A stretch of 64,000 bases of DNA from a phage. Shown here in pieces: positions 1 to 7,981 of this stretch (positions are counted from its first letter, which is position 1; every line of letters starts with the position of its first letter). A program made the translations under genes and the position numbers. Location: the NCBI GenBank assembly GCA_018509705.1, contig GCA_018509705.1_3630.1; one strand, written 5' to 3'. The notes under the pieces were generated by a model. That model did no database searches and was not told where the DNA came from. It was given only the letters and a program-made list of their open reading frames with translations.

Positions 1-165
1 ATCTCTCTTAACCATATTTTTGTTTCTACGAGATCCACCCTTCCTGTAGTACATATAGCATTCCTTGCATGTACCTGAGTATCCATCCTTGCTCTTAGAT
101 GATAAAAAGAAATCATCAATAGGTAGAACTCTTTGGCAATCCATACATTTTTTAGTATTACACAT
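1..165 (-). CDS. Cys-rich zinc-ribbon protein, N-terminal part; gene runs off the window start; possible homing-endonuclease-like ORF
   Basis: Minus-strand ATG at 165 after GGGAGGG RBS; open to position 1; CxxC...CKEC pattern like the N-terminus of the HNH protein at 63156-63734. Confidence 0.3.
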   Translation of the reverse strand, partial: MCNTKKCMDCQRVLPIDDFFLSSKSKDGYSGTCKECYMYYRKGGSRRNKNMVKRD

Positions 166-380
166 TCACCCTCCCGTTTCGAATCGCTTGATTCTACGTC
201 TTTCGACTAGTCGTTGAACGTTCATCCTCTCGGATGCTTCGCTGCGGATTATCTAAATTAACACACTGTTACCATACCTTCGATCTCTCTTCGAAGCCTC
301 TATCATGTTACCATGACAGGTTGGTGGTGTCAATAATAAAGATTTCCCCGCAATTAGGGAGGTTTTACGAGAGCTACAAA

Positions 381-809
381 TTAACCCTCATCGAAGCAAA
401 CCATGGTGTACTCAAGCCCTTGATGGTTAAGCTTATCTTGTACATACTCCATGTGACAGTATTTTACAACAGCTCCCTTTTTGCTTCTATCCCACTTGCC
501 AGTGTTCGGATCAAACCGTGGAAAAATGAACTTATGATCCTTCTCTCTGAACTTTGGCTTAATGTTTTCAGGCAGATCACTGTAAATAGCTACTGCTTTA
601 GGCCATAGTCCACCCTCACCTTCCAACTGTGGGGTTGTTCTTCGGAACATAACCACAGAGCTGTGGGGGTCATCAATAATTTTAAGTGGCATCAACTGCA
701 AGAGGAACGACTTGCCAGACCCTGCGGCACCGCCGATTACCAAAATATCTGCATCGTTTTCTAGGATCATCTTCTGCTTTTCAGAACACGGTCCGTAAAT
801 CTTAGACAT
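381..809 (-). CDS. P-loop ATPase fragment resembling a terminase large subunit N-terminal domain, ending right after a Walker-B-like FDEG
   Basis: Walker A GGAAGSGKS preceded by Q-rich motif, C-terminus MVCFDEG then stop; only 142 aa. Confidence 0.4.
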   Translation of the reverse strand: MSKIYGPCSEKQKMILENDADILVIGGAAGSGKSFLLQLMPLKIIDDPHSSVVMFRRTTPQLEGEGGLWPKAVAIYSDLPENIKPKFREKDHKFIFPRFDPNTGKWDRSKKGAVVKYCHMEYVQDKLNHQGLEYTMVCFDEG

Positions 810-1096
810 TAACCTCTCTCCTTTGGAAACAGTGTTCTAATATAGTCTTGCAAAATGATCAATTTAGCTCTATCATTGCTACAAGACAGATTATTATCCC
901 TCATAATGCCAGAATTCACTGCATCTGGCGCACCTTTCTTCAAAGGCATAGCTTTAGCAGGTGGTTTCATGGCACCTTCCGGGGGTTTAACAATCAACCT
1001 TCCTACATCCGGAGGGTCAATCTTGTATTCTCTCTCAACGCTGGTTGCACACCCACATAATAACAAGCACACAATAAACAGTGTAGCAACTCTCAT
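809..1096 (-). CDS. o-spanin-like outer-membrane lipoprotein
   Basis: Signal peptide with lipobox LLLCGC, proline-rich, overlaps upstream gene by 4 nt. Confidence 0.55.
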   Translation of the reverse strand: MRVATLFIVCLLLCGCATSVEREYKIDPPDVGRLIVKPPEGAMKPPAKAMPLKKGAPDAVNSGIMRDNNLSCSNDRAKLIILQDYIRTLFPKERG

Positions 1097-1491
1097 CTAC
1101 CCTCCTGATTAATACTCTCATTATAAATATCTATAAGCTGATCAGGGAGTGTTGACTTCTTACCCTCAGGTGACTGGAGGTAAATAATCTGCTTTTCTTT
1201 ACCTGCCTTCTCAGCCATATTTAATTTATCCTGTAGATCAGAAAGGGATTTTTCAAGGTTTTTAACCTCCTCTGCGTGGCCCATTTTAATTTTGTCGGCC
1301 TGCTTTTGTTGCTGATCAAGGATCCGTTCCCACTTTAACTCTGTTGCTGACACACCTTCTTGGTAGGCATCATTAAGCTTAGAGTTAAACCAATACACGG
1401 CCCCAAGATAAGCTGTACCTATCGCAGCTGCAAAAACTAAACCTTTTATGATCCCTCTATACCTGCTCAGCCATGTTAAAACTGAAATCAT
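1093..1491 (-). CDS. i-spanin-like protein (N-terminal TM helix, coiled coil)
   Basis: TM segment GLVFAAAIGTAYLGAVYWF then charged helical region; overlaps the lipoprotein gene. Confidence 0.55.
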   Translation of the reverse strand: MISVLTWLSRYRGIIKGLVFAAAIGTAYLGAVYWFNSKLNDAYQEGVSATELKWERILDQQQKQADKIKMGHAEEVKNLEKSLSDLQDKLNMAEKAGKEKQIIYLQSPEGKKSTLPDQLIDIYNESINQEGR

Positions 1492-1508
1492 TTTAAGGCT
1501 CCAGAAAC

Positions 1509-1546
1509 GAAAAAACCCCGCAGCTATACAGCTAACGGGGCGGGTT
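1509..1546 (-). terminator. Rho-independent terminator (minus strand)
   Basis: Hairpin CCCCG-N15-CGGGG followed by T-run on minus strand, downstream of gene 1597-1866. Confidence 0.5.
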
Positions 1547-1596
1547 AAAATTGAGTAACCTAAATAGATCGAAACTAACTAAAAGGAGACTAATAC

Positions 1597-1866
1597 TTAT
1601 CGAGGCACTCGGTGGATGATTCTAACAGTAACTGCATTTTCATTCATCAAGTATGCATCTACATCTCTGTAAATATAAAACTTCTGCTCACTATCAACAA
1701 CACAAGCTACCGCCCCTTCAGAGTTGTCTTCAAAAAAGACCACCACTGCATCGCAGCTGAGTTCATGATATGACTCTCGAAGATTTACAGCCAGAGGATT
1801 GAAATCGTCACGAAAATCTACGGTATGGGTTGGATTTACACGCTCTACAATTTTAAGTGTATACAT
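1597..1866 (-). CDS. hypothetical protein
   Basis: ORF with AAGGAA RBS before ATG at 1866; longer track ORF would overlap tRNA-Pro. Confidence 0.45.
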   Translation of the reverse strand: MYTLKIVERVNPTHTVDFRDDFNPLAVNLRESYHELSCDAVVVFFEDNSEGAVACVVDSEQKFYIYRDVDAYLMNENAVTVRIIHRVPR

Positions 1867-1912
1867 TTTAAAGGTTCCTTTTGTTTGTATATGTTTAAAG
1901 TATAACTGAAAG

Positions 1913-1989
1913 TGGTCTCCACGGAGTGATTCGAACACTCGACCTCCTGATCCCAAATCAGGCGCTCTACCAAGCTGAGCTACGCGGAG
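1913..1989 (-). tRNA. tRNA-Pro (anticodon UGG)
   Basis: Cloverleaf readable on minus strand: 7-bp acceptor, T-loop GTTCGAATC, anticodon loop TTTGGGA, CCA encoded. Confidence 0.7.
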
Positions 1990-2000
1990 TATTTATTATT

Positions 2001-2076
2001 TGGTGGCCCTGGGTGGAATTGAACCACCGTCTGGCGATTATGAGTCGCTTGCTTGAACCTTCCAGCTACAGGGCCA
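2001..2076 (-). tRNA. tRNA-Met or Ile2 (anticodon CAU)
   Basis: Minus strand; T-arm GGTGGTTCAATTCCACC, anticodon loop CTCATAA, CCA encoded. Confidence 0.6.
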
Positions 2077-2153
2077 TGGTGCTGATGGCAGGACTTGAAC
2101 CTGCAACCTATTGATTACAAATCAATTGCACTACCAATTGTGCTACATCAGCA
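2077..2153 (-). tRNA. tRNA-Thr (anticodon UGU)
   Basis: Minus strand; D-arm GCACAATTGGTAGTGC, anticodon loop TTTGTAA, T-arm GCAGGTTCAAGTCCTGC, CCA encoded. Confidence 0.65.
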
Positions 2154-2157
2154 AAAA

Positions 2158-2256
2158 GGTGCTAGGTGATGGAATCGAACCACCTATGTATTCAACGACT
2201 ACCTCGTCTATTTTCAGGATTAAAAATCCTCGCCCTTGCCAAAGGGCTTACCTAGC
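2158..2256 (-). tRNA. Aberrant tRNA-like element (good acceptor/D/T arms, irregular anticodon arm, over-long variable region); possible pseudo-tRNA
   Basis: Acceptor GCTAGGT/ACCTAGC pair, T-arm GGTGGTTCGATTCCATC, but anticodon stem does not close canonically and about 30 nt lie between anticodon arm and T-arm. Confidence 0.25.
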
Positions 2257-2354
2257 TCAGTATGTTGACCATGTTGCTAGTCGGCGATGACGACTGTAAC
2301 ATTTGATAATCCGGTTCTGCTTCCGGCTTTCGCTTAATTACAAGGTCAACAATA

Positions 2355-2445
2355 TGGCTGAGGGTAATGGAATCGAACCATCATCAAGTCATCCTCAACG
2401 GGACGGTTTTCAAGACCGCTTGAGCACCATTGCTCCCTACCCTCA
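2355..2445 (-). tRNA. tRNA-Ser (anticodon UGA), type II with long variable arm
   Basis: Minus strand; acceptor TGAGGGT/ACCCTCA, anticodon loop CTTGAAA, long variable arm, T-loop TTCGATT, CCA encoded. Confidence 0.6.
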
Positions 2446-2559
2446 TTTATAAACAATACTGATAATGACACTGATTTTCGAGCAGTTAGTGACTAGTATA
2501 AACGACGATAAATATCAATGCCATTATCTGTATGATTTATGCATTTAAAACTATAAATT

Positions 2560-2646
2560 TGGTGGGGAGTGGTGGAGTCGAACCACCCGAGTCGCAATGA
2601 CAATAGATTTACAGTCTACACCGCTACCCCTACGGGATAACTCCCC
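2560..2646 (-). tRNA. tRNA-Tyr (anticodon GUA), long variable arm
   Basis: Minus strand; acceptor GGGGAGT/ACTCCCC, anticodon loop CTGTAAA, T-arm GGTGGTTCGACTCCACC, CCA encoded. Confidence 0.6.
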
Positions 2647-2650
2647 AATT

Positions 2651-2725
2651 TGGCACCCCGTACTGGACTCGAACCAGTGTCAACGGCTTAGAAGGCCGCT
2701 GCTTTATCCACTAAGCTAACAGGGC
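2651..2725 (-). tRNA. tRNA-Arg (anticodon UCU)
   Basis: Minus strand; D-arm GCTTAGTGGATAAAGC, anticodon stem-loop GCGGC-CTTCTAA-GCCGT, T-arm ACTGGTTCGAGTCCAGT, CCA encoded. Confidence 0.65.
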
Positions 2726-2821
2726 ACTGGGTGGCTTTCTTTTACACCTTAGCCGCCAGAAAAGGTGGGAGACCATGTTTACAATATTACACTGTTAAGC
2801 AAAGTTTGTCAAGAAAATATT

Positions 2822-3160
2822 TTAGCTATTGCTAACAGGTTGTATTTCTGTGGTAAATGGCATAAAAGGTGCTGGTTTTTCAGCCTCTTCTACTACCACC
2901 TCTTCCTCTTCACCAAACATCTCATCATATTCTTCCTGCATTCGGTCTGCCTTATCAAGAACATACTCTGCAATGCTTTGACGAATATTTTGTTTGGTTT
3001 TCGGGTCCAACATCAGCTCTCTTAAAACTTTGTGAGCTTCTGGAACCATCGCTATAAAAGATTCCTTCATATCAAGGATGTTCTTCTCTAGCTGAATGGC
3101 GTTGGACTCCTCTTTCAGAGGTCTGCCTCTACGGCGACGCTTTTTAGTTGTATCCGCCAT
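2822..3160 (-). CDS. hypothetical basic/acidic protein with AT-hook-like RGRP motif
   Basis: ATG at 3160 after GGAGG RBS; KKRRRRGRPLKE N-terminus, acidic C-terminus. Confidence 0.45.
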   Translation of the reverse strand: MADTTKKRRRRGRPLKEESNAIQLEKNILDMKESFIAMVPEAHKVLRELMLDPKTKQNIRQSIAEYVLDKADRMQEEYDEMFGEEEEVVVEEAEKPAPFMPFTTEIQPVSNS

Positions 3161-3504
3161 GTTTCCTCCATTATCACGTGATAGGTGGATTTTATCATAG
3201 CAAATACTGATTGTCAAGTTCGCCGCAGGGTGGTATTCCCTGCGACTTGTCCAGCGTCCTGGACCAGCAAGACCCAACAAGTGGGTTACCAGAGCCCATT
3301 ACCGCACTTTGGCTCGACCTTATTACAGGTTGGCTGGGGTCACATCGTCATGTGCTGGCTGCCCCTACCATTTTAAGTGTGGTGCACTATCAAGCCCTCT
3401 AAGGGGAACTCAGCCTTCTCCGAACCCTGTTTCAAAGCATCCGGAGATAAAGCCATCAAATTCATCTTTAAATTGGATATTCATCATGATACACGAAAAC
3501 AACC

Positions 3505-3747
3505 TCATTGTAAAGCACAAATAAATAAAACATACTTAATTTGTTTGTTATCAGGCTCAGGGTAGAAGTAGAAGATCTTGCTATCACCGATCTGAACACC
3601 ACCATCCCAACAGCATAGCCCATAACCCGTATTCATACAAGCTAAGTCGTTGGCAAAATCTATTGCATCATCCAGTGCACGAAATTCACCTTCATCTTCT
3701 AAATAATCCTCATTCATGGAACGAAAAACGAGCTTAACCTTAAACAT
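3505..3747 (-). CDS. hypothetical small acidic protein
   Basis: ORF track; coding-dense minus-strand context. Confidence 0.35.
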   Translation of the reverse strand: MFKVKLVFRSMNEDYLEDEGEFRALDDAIDFANDLACMNTGYGLCCWDGGVQIGDSKIFYFYPEPDNKQIKYVLFICALQ

Positions 3748-3823
3748 AGCATTACCTGTAGACCTCGTAAGTTAAAATTGCATCACATCATATTGCAGAT
3801 CTTATCAGGTAACACTATTTTTG

Positions 3824-4033
3824 TCAACAGATTCCGGCCTTATCCTTCCTGTCTGCGTATTCTTTAATCGCAACCTCATCTGCATTAGTGACCAGGTCTT
3901 CAAAGTAACTCTCAAGCTCCTCGTCAATGTCAGGAGACCAGCTCTTTTTCCTGTCAGTGTGAATTGCAGACTTGTTGAACTTATTACAGTTCTTTGCTAC
4001 CGGGTTGTTCATTAAGCGCTCCTCAGCGTTCAT
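3824..4033 (-). CDS. hypothetical protein
   Basis: ORF track; overlaps start of next gene by about 10 nt. Confidence 0.35.
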   Translation of the reverse strand: MNAEERLMNNPVAKNCNKFNKSAIHTDRKKSWSPDIDEELESYFEDLVTNADEVAIKEYADRKDKAGIC

Positions 4034-4601
4034 AGTAAATCTTATTTAACATTACCTCATCCTTTGCAGAAAGGATATCAAGATATGCATCACCAAATCT
4101 TCCTGCAACAACCTCTGCATGATACATCACTTCGTTAACATCGTCAAGAGTGATAACCGGATGACCATATCTTTCTGAATATTGTCTCAGGGTGCGATGT
4201 AACGAGTCGTCATCATATGCAGACTTTTTAATATCACAAACACGACGAATAGCCTTGATGTCGAAAAAACCTGTGCGATACCACCCAAGAAAAAGGTTTC
4301 GTGCAGTGTCAACATCTACATTGATACCATCAAGAACCTTATCTACAAGATAGCTGTCATCCTTTGGACCAGCGTCCTTAGTGCGAATGTAGTTGCCATC
4401 TTTTCCAGGCGACATCTCCTTCTCATCCCCAACCTGAATGCCATCATTTGGCGGTGTTAGCCACTTATCCGGATGCTTACGATCACGAGCGTTAGAATGA
4501 TTACGCTGGAAACCGGGCTTCCACTTGAAAGTTTTCTCCATCTGTTCTTCATTCTGATAACGTTTTGCAATCTTTTCACGGTCATCTTTGCGTGAACCCA
4601 T
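4023..4601 (-). CDS. hypothetical protein (192 aa)
   Basis: ORF track; no recognisable motif. Confidence 0.45.
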   Translation of the reverse strand: MGSRKDDREKIAKRYQNEEQMEKTFKWKPGFQRNHSNARDRKHPDKWLTPPNDGIQVGDEKEMSPGKDGNYIRTKDAGPKDDSYLVDKVLDGINVDVDTARNLFLGWYRTGFFDIKAIRRVCDIKKSAYDDDSLHRTLRQYSERYGHPVITLDDVNEVMYHAEVVAGRFGDAYLDILSAKDEVMLNKIYYER

Positions 4602-4699
4602 AGCTGCCTCCTCTTCAAGTTATAGAAAAACTAACTGTATCGCTTTGTAACGAGCTTTTCTATCAAACTGGTGCGATTGCATTACCTGGTATAGTTTAT

Positions 4700-4975
4700 A
4701 TAGCTGTGGAGCGATTTAGGTGCCTTCTTGTCCGTTTCCACACATAAACTTCATCCAAGCTCGCGCGGGAGACTCTCAACCGACTCCTTCCGGCGCTGGC
4801 AAGCTTTCGTCGGTGGTCCACATCAGTGCTCGGCCTTTGGCCTGCGCTATCGCTTCGCTCTCACACATGTTAACAGACCTGCATGTATGCACTTCTGTTA
4901 TTGTGTGCACCAGGGAGGCCCGGCATCTCGCCCCTCGTAGGCGAGTGCCAATGAAGGGCCGACACTACCCATAGT
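4700..4975. other. GC-rich structured island without convincing ORF; candidate stable non-coding RNA next to the tRNA cluster
   Basis: Local GC clearly higher than flanks, many short complementary GC stems, track ORFs here have no RBS and odd composition. Confidence 0.25.
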
Positions 4976-5104
4976 AAGTAATAAATTTAAAACATGGTAC
5001 TTAGGATCTAATATATTCTACATAAGTTAAGTATATGTACTTAGTACCATAAGTACTAGATCTTTTGTTTTTTATTATTTAGTTATTTTAGTTATATTCT
5101 TTAT

Positions 5105-5148
5105 GTGTCCGTATCACGGACAGTTAGTGTCCGTATTACGGACAGTTA
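5105..5148. repeat. Tandem 22-bp direct repeat, each copy an inverted repeat GTCCGT-N3-ACGGAC (operator-like)
   Basis: GTGTCCGTATCACGGACAGTTA followed immediately by GTGTCCGTATTACGGACAGTTA. Confidence 0.6.
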
Positions 5149-5219
5149 CTAACCTCTGTTCCAGAGCGAACATAAAACATACGAATCCTTATAGTACAGA
5201 TATTTAAGTTTTTACTGGT

Positions 5220-5570
5220 CTAACCAGTTGTTGACATTCGAATAACTTCTTCTGGTGGCAAAACTTTGGAAAATGTGCATCTTTTACCTCTCCCTTGTGT
5301 GGATATTTCAACCACTCCCGCACATTCTAAAGTTTTAACGCACGCTGCTGCTTTTGTTTTCTTTATTCCAACATCTGCTGCAATTTTCCTTGTGCTGGGT
5401 GTGAAGCGTGAACTTCCTCCAAGCTTATACCAGTTGTGCAGGTAGCAGTATACGATCTTGTCATACAAGTCAAGAACAACAACCTCCCCAGTTGTGTCAT
5501 TCAAAACTTTTGACATAGATAGTATTTCAAGGGGGACTTTAAGATATAGCAGCTTATCCCCATCTTTCAT
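5220..5570 (-). CDS. putative helix-turn-helix DNA-binding protein
   Basis: Segment TRKIAADVGIKKTKAAACVKTLE resembles an HTH; sits beside the palindromic tandem repeat. Confidence 0.35.
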   Translation of the reverse strand: MKDGDKLLYLKVPLEILSMSKVLNDTTGEVVVLDLYDKIVYCYLHNWYKLGGSSRFTPSTRKIAADVGIKKTKAAACVKTLECAGVVEISTQGRGKRCTFSKVLPPEEVIRMSTTG

Positions 5571-5617
5571 ATCTCCTGATTCTCCTTGTGTGGCAATTTT
5601 CTTTAAAATAGCAGGGA

Positions 5618-6172
5618 TTACTCCCCGCTGTCAATAGCAAAACTCATTGCAATACGGTATGCCTCTTCTAATGGTAAGAGTCTCCCCCACACATCCCAAC
5701 CGACATCAAACTGTCTGCCAAACAACTGTTGTGTGGTTCCGTGAGCATGACCGAACAGTTGGACTGATCCGTGAGGCTTTCTGTTCCACTTTGCAAACTG
5801 GTAATGGCTCATACAGATCAAATTCTTGTTGTGGCGAAGCTCGTAATAATCTACAACCTCATGACCGAACTCTTTCATAATTCTGACAGTCGTCCTTGTG
5901 TCATGGTTACCACGAACAAGAATAATATGTCCGTTCAACATATTTAGAACATCTGGGAGCAATTTGTTGATATTCTTATCATTAGTGCACGCAATATCTC
6001 CCAAGTGAAACACAGTGTCTGCAGGTGACACAACAGAGTTCCACTTGGTGATGATTCCCGCATTCATACTGTCAAGATTGTGATCATACTGAGATCTGTG
6101 TTTTTGACATGAGTCGAACTCCATGACCCGCTGGTGGAGAAAGTGTGTGTCGCTTGTTACAAAGTATTTCAT
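5618..6172 (-). CDS. calcineurin-like metallophosphoesterase (Ser/Thr-phosphatase fold)
   Basis: Motifs SDTH(F), LGDI, GNHD in order; start at MKYF with GAGGA RBS, 7 nt after stop of upstream kinase gene. Confidence 0.7.
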   Translation of the reverse strand: MKYFVTSDTHFLHQRVMEFDSCQKHRSQYDHNLDSMNAGIITKWNSVVSPADTVFHLGDIACTNDKNINKLLPDVLNMLNGHIILVRGNHDTRTTVRIMKEFGHEVVDYYELRHNKNLICMSHYQFAKWNRKPHGSVQLFGHAHGTTQQLFGRQFDVGWDVWGRLLPLEEAYRIAMSFAIDSGE

Positions 6173-6179
6173 ACATTCC

Positions 6180-6590
6180 TCATTTAAGTTTAATGCAGTT
6201 TTTAAGCTGGCGTTCCATACGATCCACAACCCTGTCTGGAACATCATGAATGCTTTTATTACCATGGCGGTTTTCAACCACGATCACGGTATAACTATAC
6301 CCATGACTGATCGCCATGTCAATATATTCTTGCACATATTTTTCTTTTGTAAACGTATTACTTACCACGATACGGTCGTATCCCATACGCATCATATCTT
6401 CTACGTTATCTTTGCACCATTTTGCTGCAAGTGTTACTTTACTTGCATCCCAGTTGTAATTTCCATCATCGTCGTACCAGAACATGTCGTTCTCAAAATG
6501 TGGATACAGACCTTCTAAAGATAGCGCATTTGCCAGTGTTGATTTGCCAGACCCTGGTAGACCACGCACGATATATAGCATTTTAGACAT
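6180..6590 (-). CDS. P-loop kinase, polynucleotide-kinase-like
   Basis: Walker A GLPGSGKST near N-terminus; GGAGG RBS before ATG at 6590; directly upstream of the phosphatase. Confidence 0.55.
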   Translation of the reverse strand: MSKMLYIVRGLPGSGKSTLANALSLEGLYPHFENDMFWYDDDGNYNWDASKVTLAAKWCKDNVEDMMRMGYDRIVVSNTFTKEKYVQEYIDMAISHGYSYTVIVVENRHGNKSIHDVPDRVVDRMERQLKNCIKLK

Positions 6591-6711
6591 AGTAATCCTC
6601 CGTTTTAATTTCAACGATAGTATACCCAACTGTTTTGTTAATTTCAAGTGTTGACACTAGGTTATTTGTGTGGCAGGATAGACTGACAAAATGACAAATG
6701 AGGAATGTATA

Positions 6712-7626
6712 ATGAAGTATTTTAATGCAGACGACCTAGTTGACAAAGGTCTTGTAACCAGCAGATATTACCCAGATCTTGGGTTAAAGATCTATAAATA
6801 TGCCAGAAAAGTATTCTACAACAACTTATGGCATTTGTCTCCTCGATTACTGGAGTGCCGAGGCATTGTTGTCGGTAATGAAGGAAATGTTGTGGCATGG
6901 CCCTTCACAAAAGTGTTTAACTTGGGAGAAAACTCCACCAACCTGCCTGACAATAAGCTTGTGACGGCGGTAGAGAAAAAGAACGGATTCCTTGGTGTGG
7001 TGTCATCTCATAAAGGTGAACTATTGTTCTCAACAACCGGGTCTCTTGATTCTCCATATTGTAACCTTGCAAAGGAAACCATCCAGGAGCAATGCAGTAA
7101 TTTAGATCTTATCAAGAAGGTTATGGGCAATGAAAACATGACATTCATGTTTGAAATTTGTCACCCTTCAGATCCGCATATTGTTCAGGAAGATCATGGT
7201 GCATATTTGATAGGTTGCAGATATAATGATTCTGGAATAATGCTACCAGAAGCAGCTTTAGATGGGATTGCCAAATACCTTGGTGCAAAACGTCCTCACA
7301 CTGTGCGTGAAATTCCGTTCAGTTATGCAAAAGAATTGGCTGCAGAAACAAGAGGTGAAGGGTATATGATTCGTAAGCCTTACTACCCTTATGATCTGCA
7401 GCTGAAGATTAAGTCTCCATACTATCTGGCACGGAAGGCCGTAATGAGGGGTAAAGCTTGGAAGATTTGGGATGATGATATCTTTAAACGTGTTGACGAA
7501 GAGTTTTACGGCATGGTAAACTTCATTCGTAACAACTACACAGAGGATGTATGGAACTGCCTCCTGGAGCAGGAACGCCGTGAGATACTTGATTACTATT
7601 TCCACAACGAGAACTATATGCAATGA
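6712..7626 (+). CDS. RNA ligase (covalent nucleotidyltransferase superfamily)
   Basis: Motif I KKNGF (KxNG), motif IV EGYMIRK, motif V LKIK; AGGAA RBS before ATG 6712 (alternative start 6691). Confidence 0.6.
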   Translation: MKYFNADDLVDKGLVTSRYYPDLGLKIYKYARKVFYNNLWHLSPRLLECRGIVVGNEGNVVAWPFTKVFNLGENSTNLPDNKLVTAVEKKNGFLGVVSSHKGELLFSTTGSLDSPYCNLAKETIQEQCSNLDLIKKVMGNENMTFMFEICHPSDPHIVQEDHGAYLIGCRYNDSGIMLPEAALDGIAKYLGAKRPHTVREIPFSYAKELAAETRGEGYMIRKPYYPYDLQLKIKSPYYLARKAVMRGKAWKIWDDDIFKRVDEEFYGMVNFIRNNYTEDVWNCLLEQERREILDYYFHNENYMQ

Positions 7627-7973
7627 AGAAGTTGATTGTGTGGCTAGATGACTTGAGAGATCCGTCAAATTATGGGCTCCCAGACGCTATTTGGCTAAAG
7701 AATTCCTCCGAGTTTATGGATTTTATTAACGATAATAAAAAGCTCTACAGACGCGTTTCTGAGTGGCATATGGACAACGACCTTGGAGAGGTATTCGAAG
7801 GGTACGATTGCCTATCCATGTTGGAGGAAAAGTTTGTATTTGGTAAGCCTCCTGTAGTTGACAACGTGAAGATTTTCGTGCATACTTCTAACCCATCAGC
7901 GGCTCGTAAATTCATGCTTGCGACTGACTCGTTTAAAAAGTTTGGAATAGAGATTAAACAAAACATCTACTGA
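7623..7973 (+). CDS. small receiver-domain-like protein
   Basis: IVWLDDLRDP ... HMDNDLG ... HTSNP spacing resembles a REC-fold acidic pocket; overlaps stop of RNA ligase. Confidence 0.3.
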   Translation: MKKLIVWLDDLRDPSNYGLPDAIWLKNSSEFMDFINDNKKLYRRVSEWHMDNDLGEVFEGYDCLSMLEEKFVFGKPPVVDNVKIFVHTSNPSAARKFMLATDSFKKFGIEIKQNIY

Positions 7974-7981
7974 GGACACTT

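Noticed and set aside
234-608. 124-aa plus-strand ORF from the track
   Set aside because: Lies antisense to the P-loop ATPase ORF, has no RBS and low-complexity composition; treated as a shadow ORF.
4720-4974. Two overlapping plus-strand ORFs (84 and 70 aa) in the GC-rich island
   Set aside because: No RBS, overlapping frames, Ala/Arg/Pro-rich translation typical of GC-rich non-coding sequence; region reported as candidate structured RNA instead.
6123-6518. 131-aa plus-strand ORF
   Set aside because: Antisense to the well-supported P-loop kinase gene; hydrophobic low-complexity translation.
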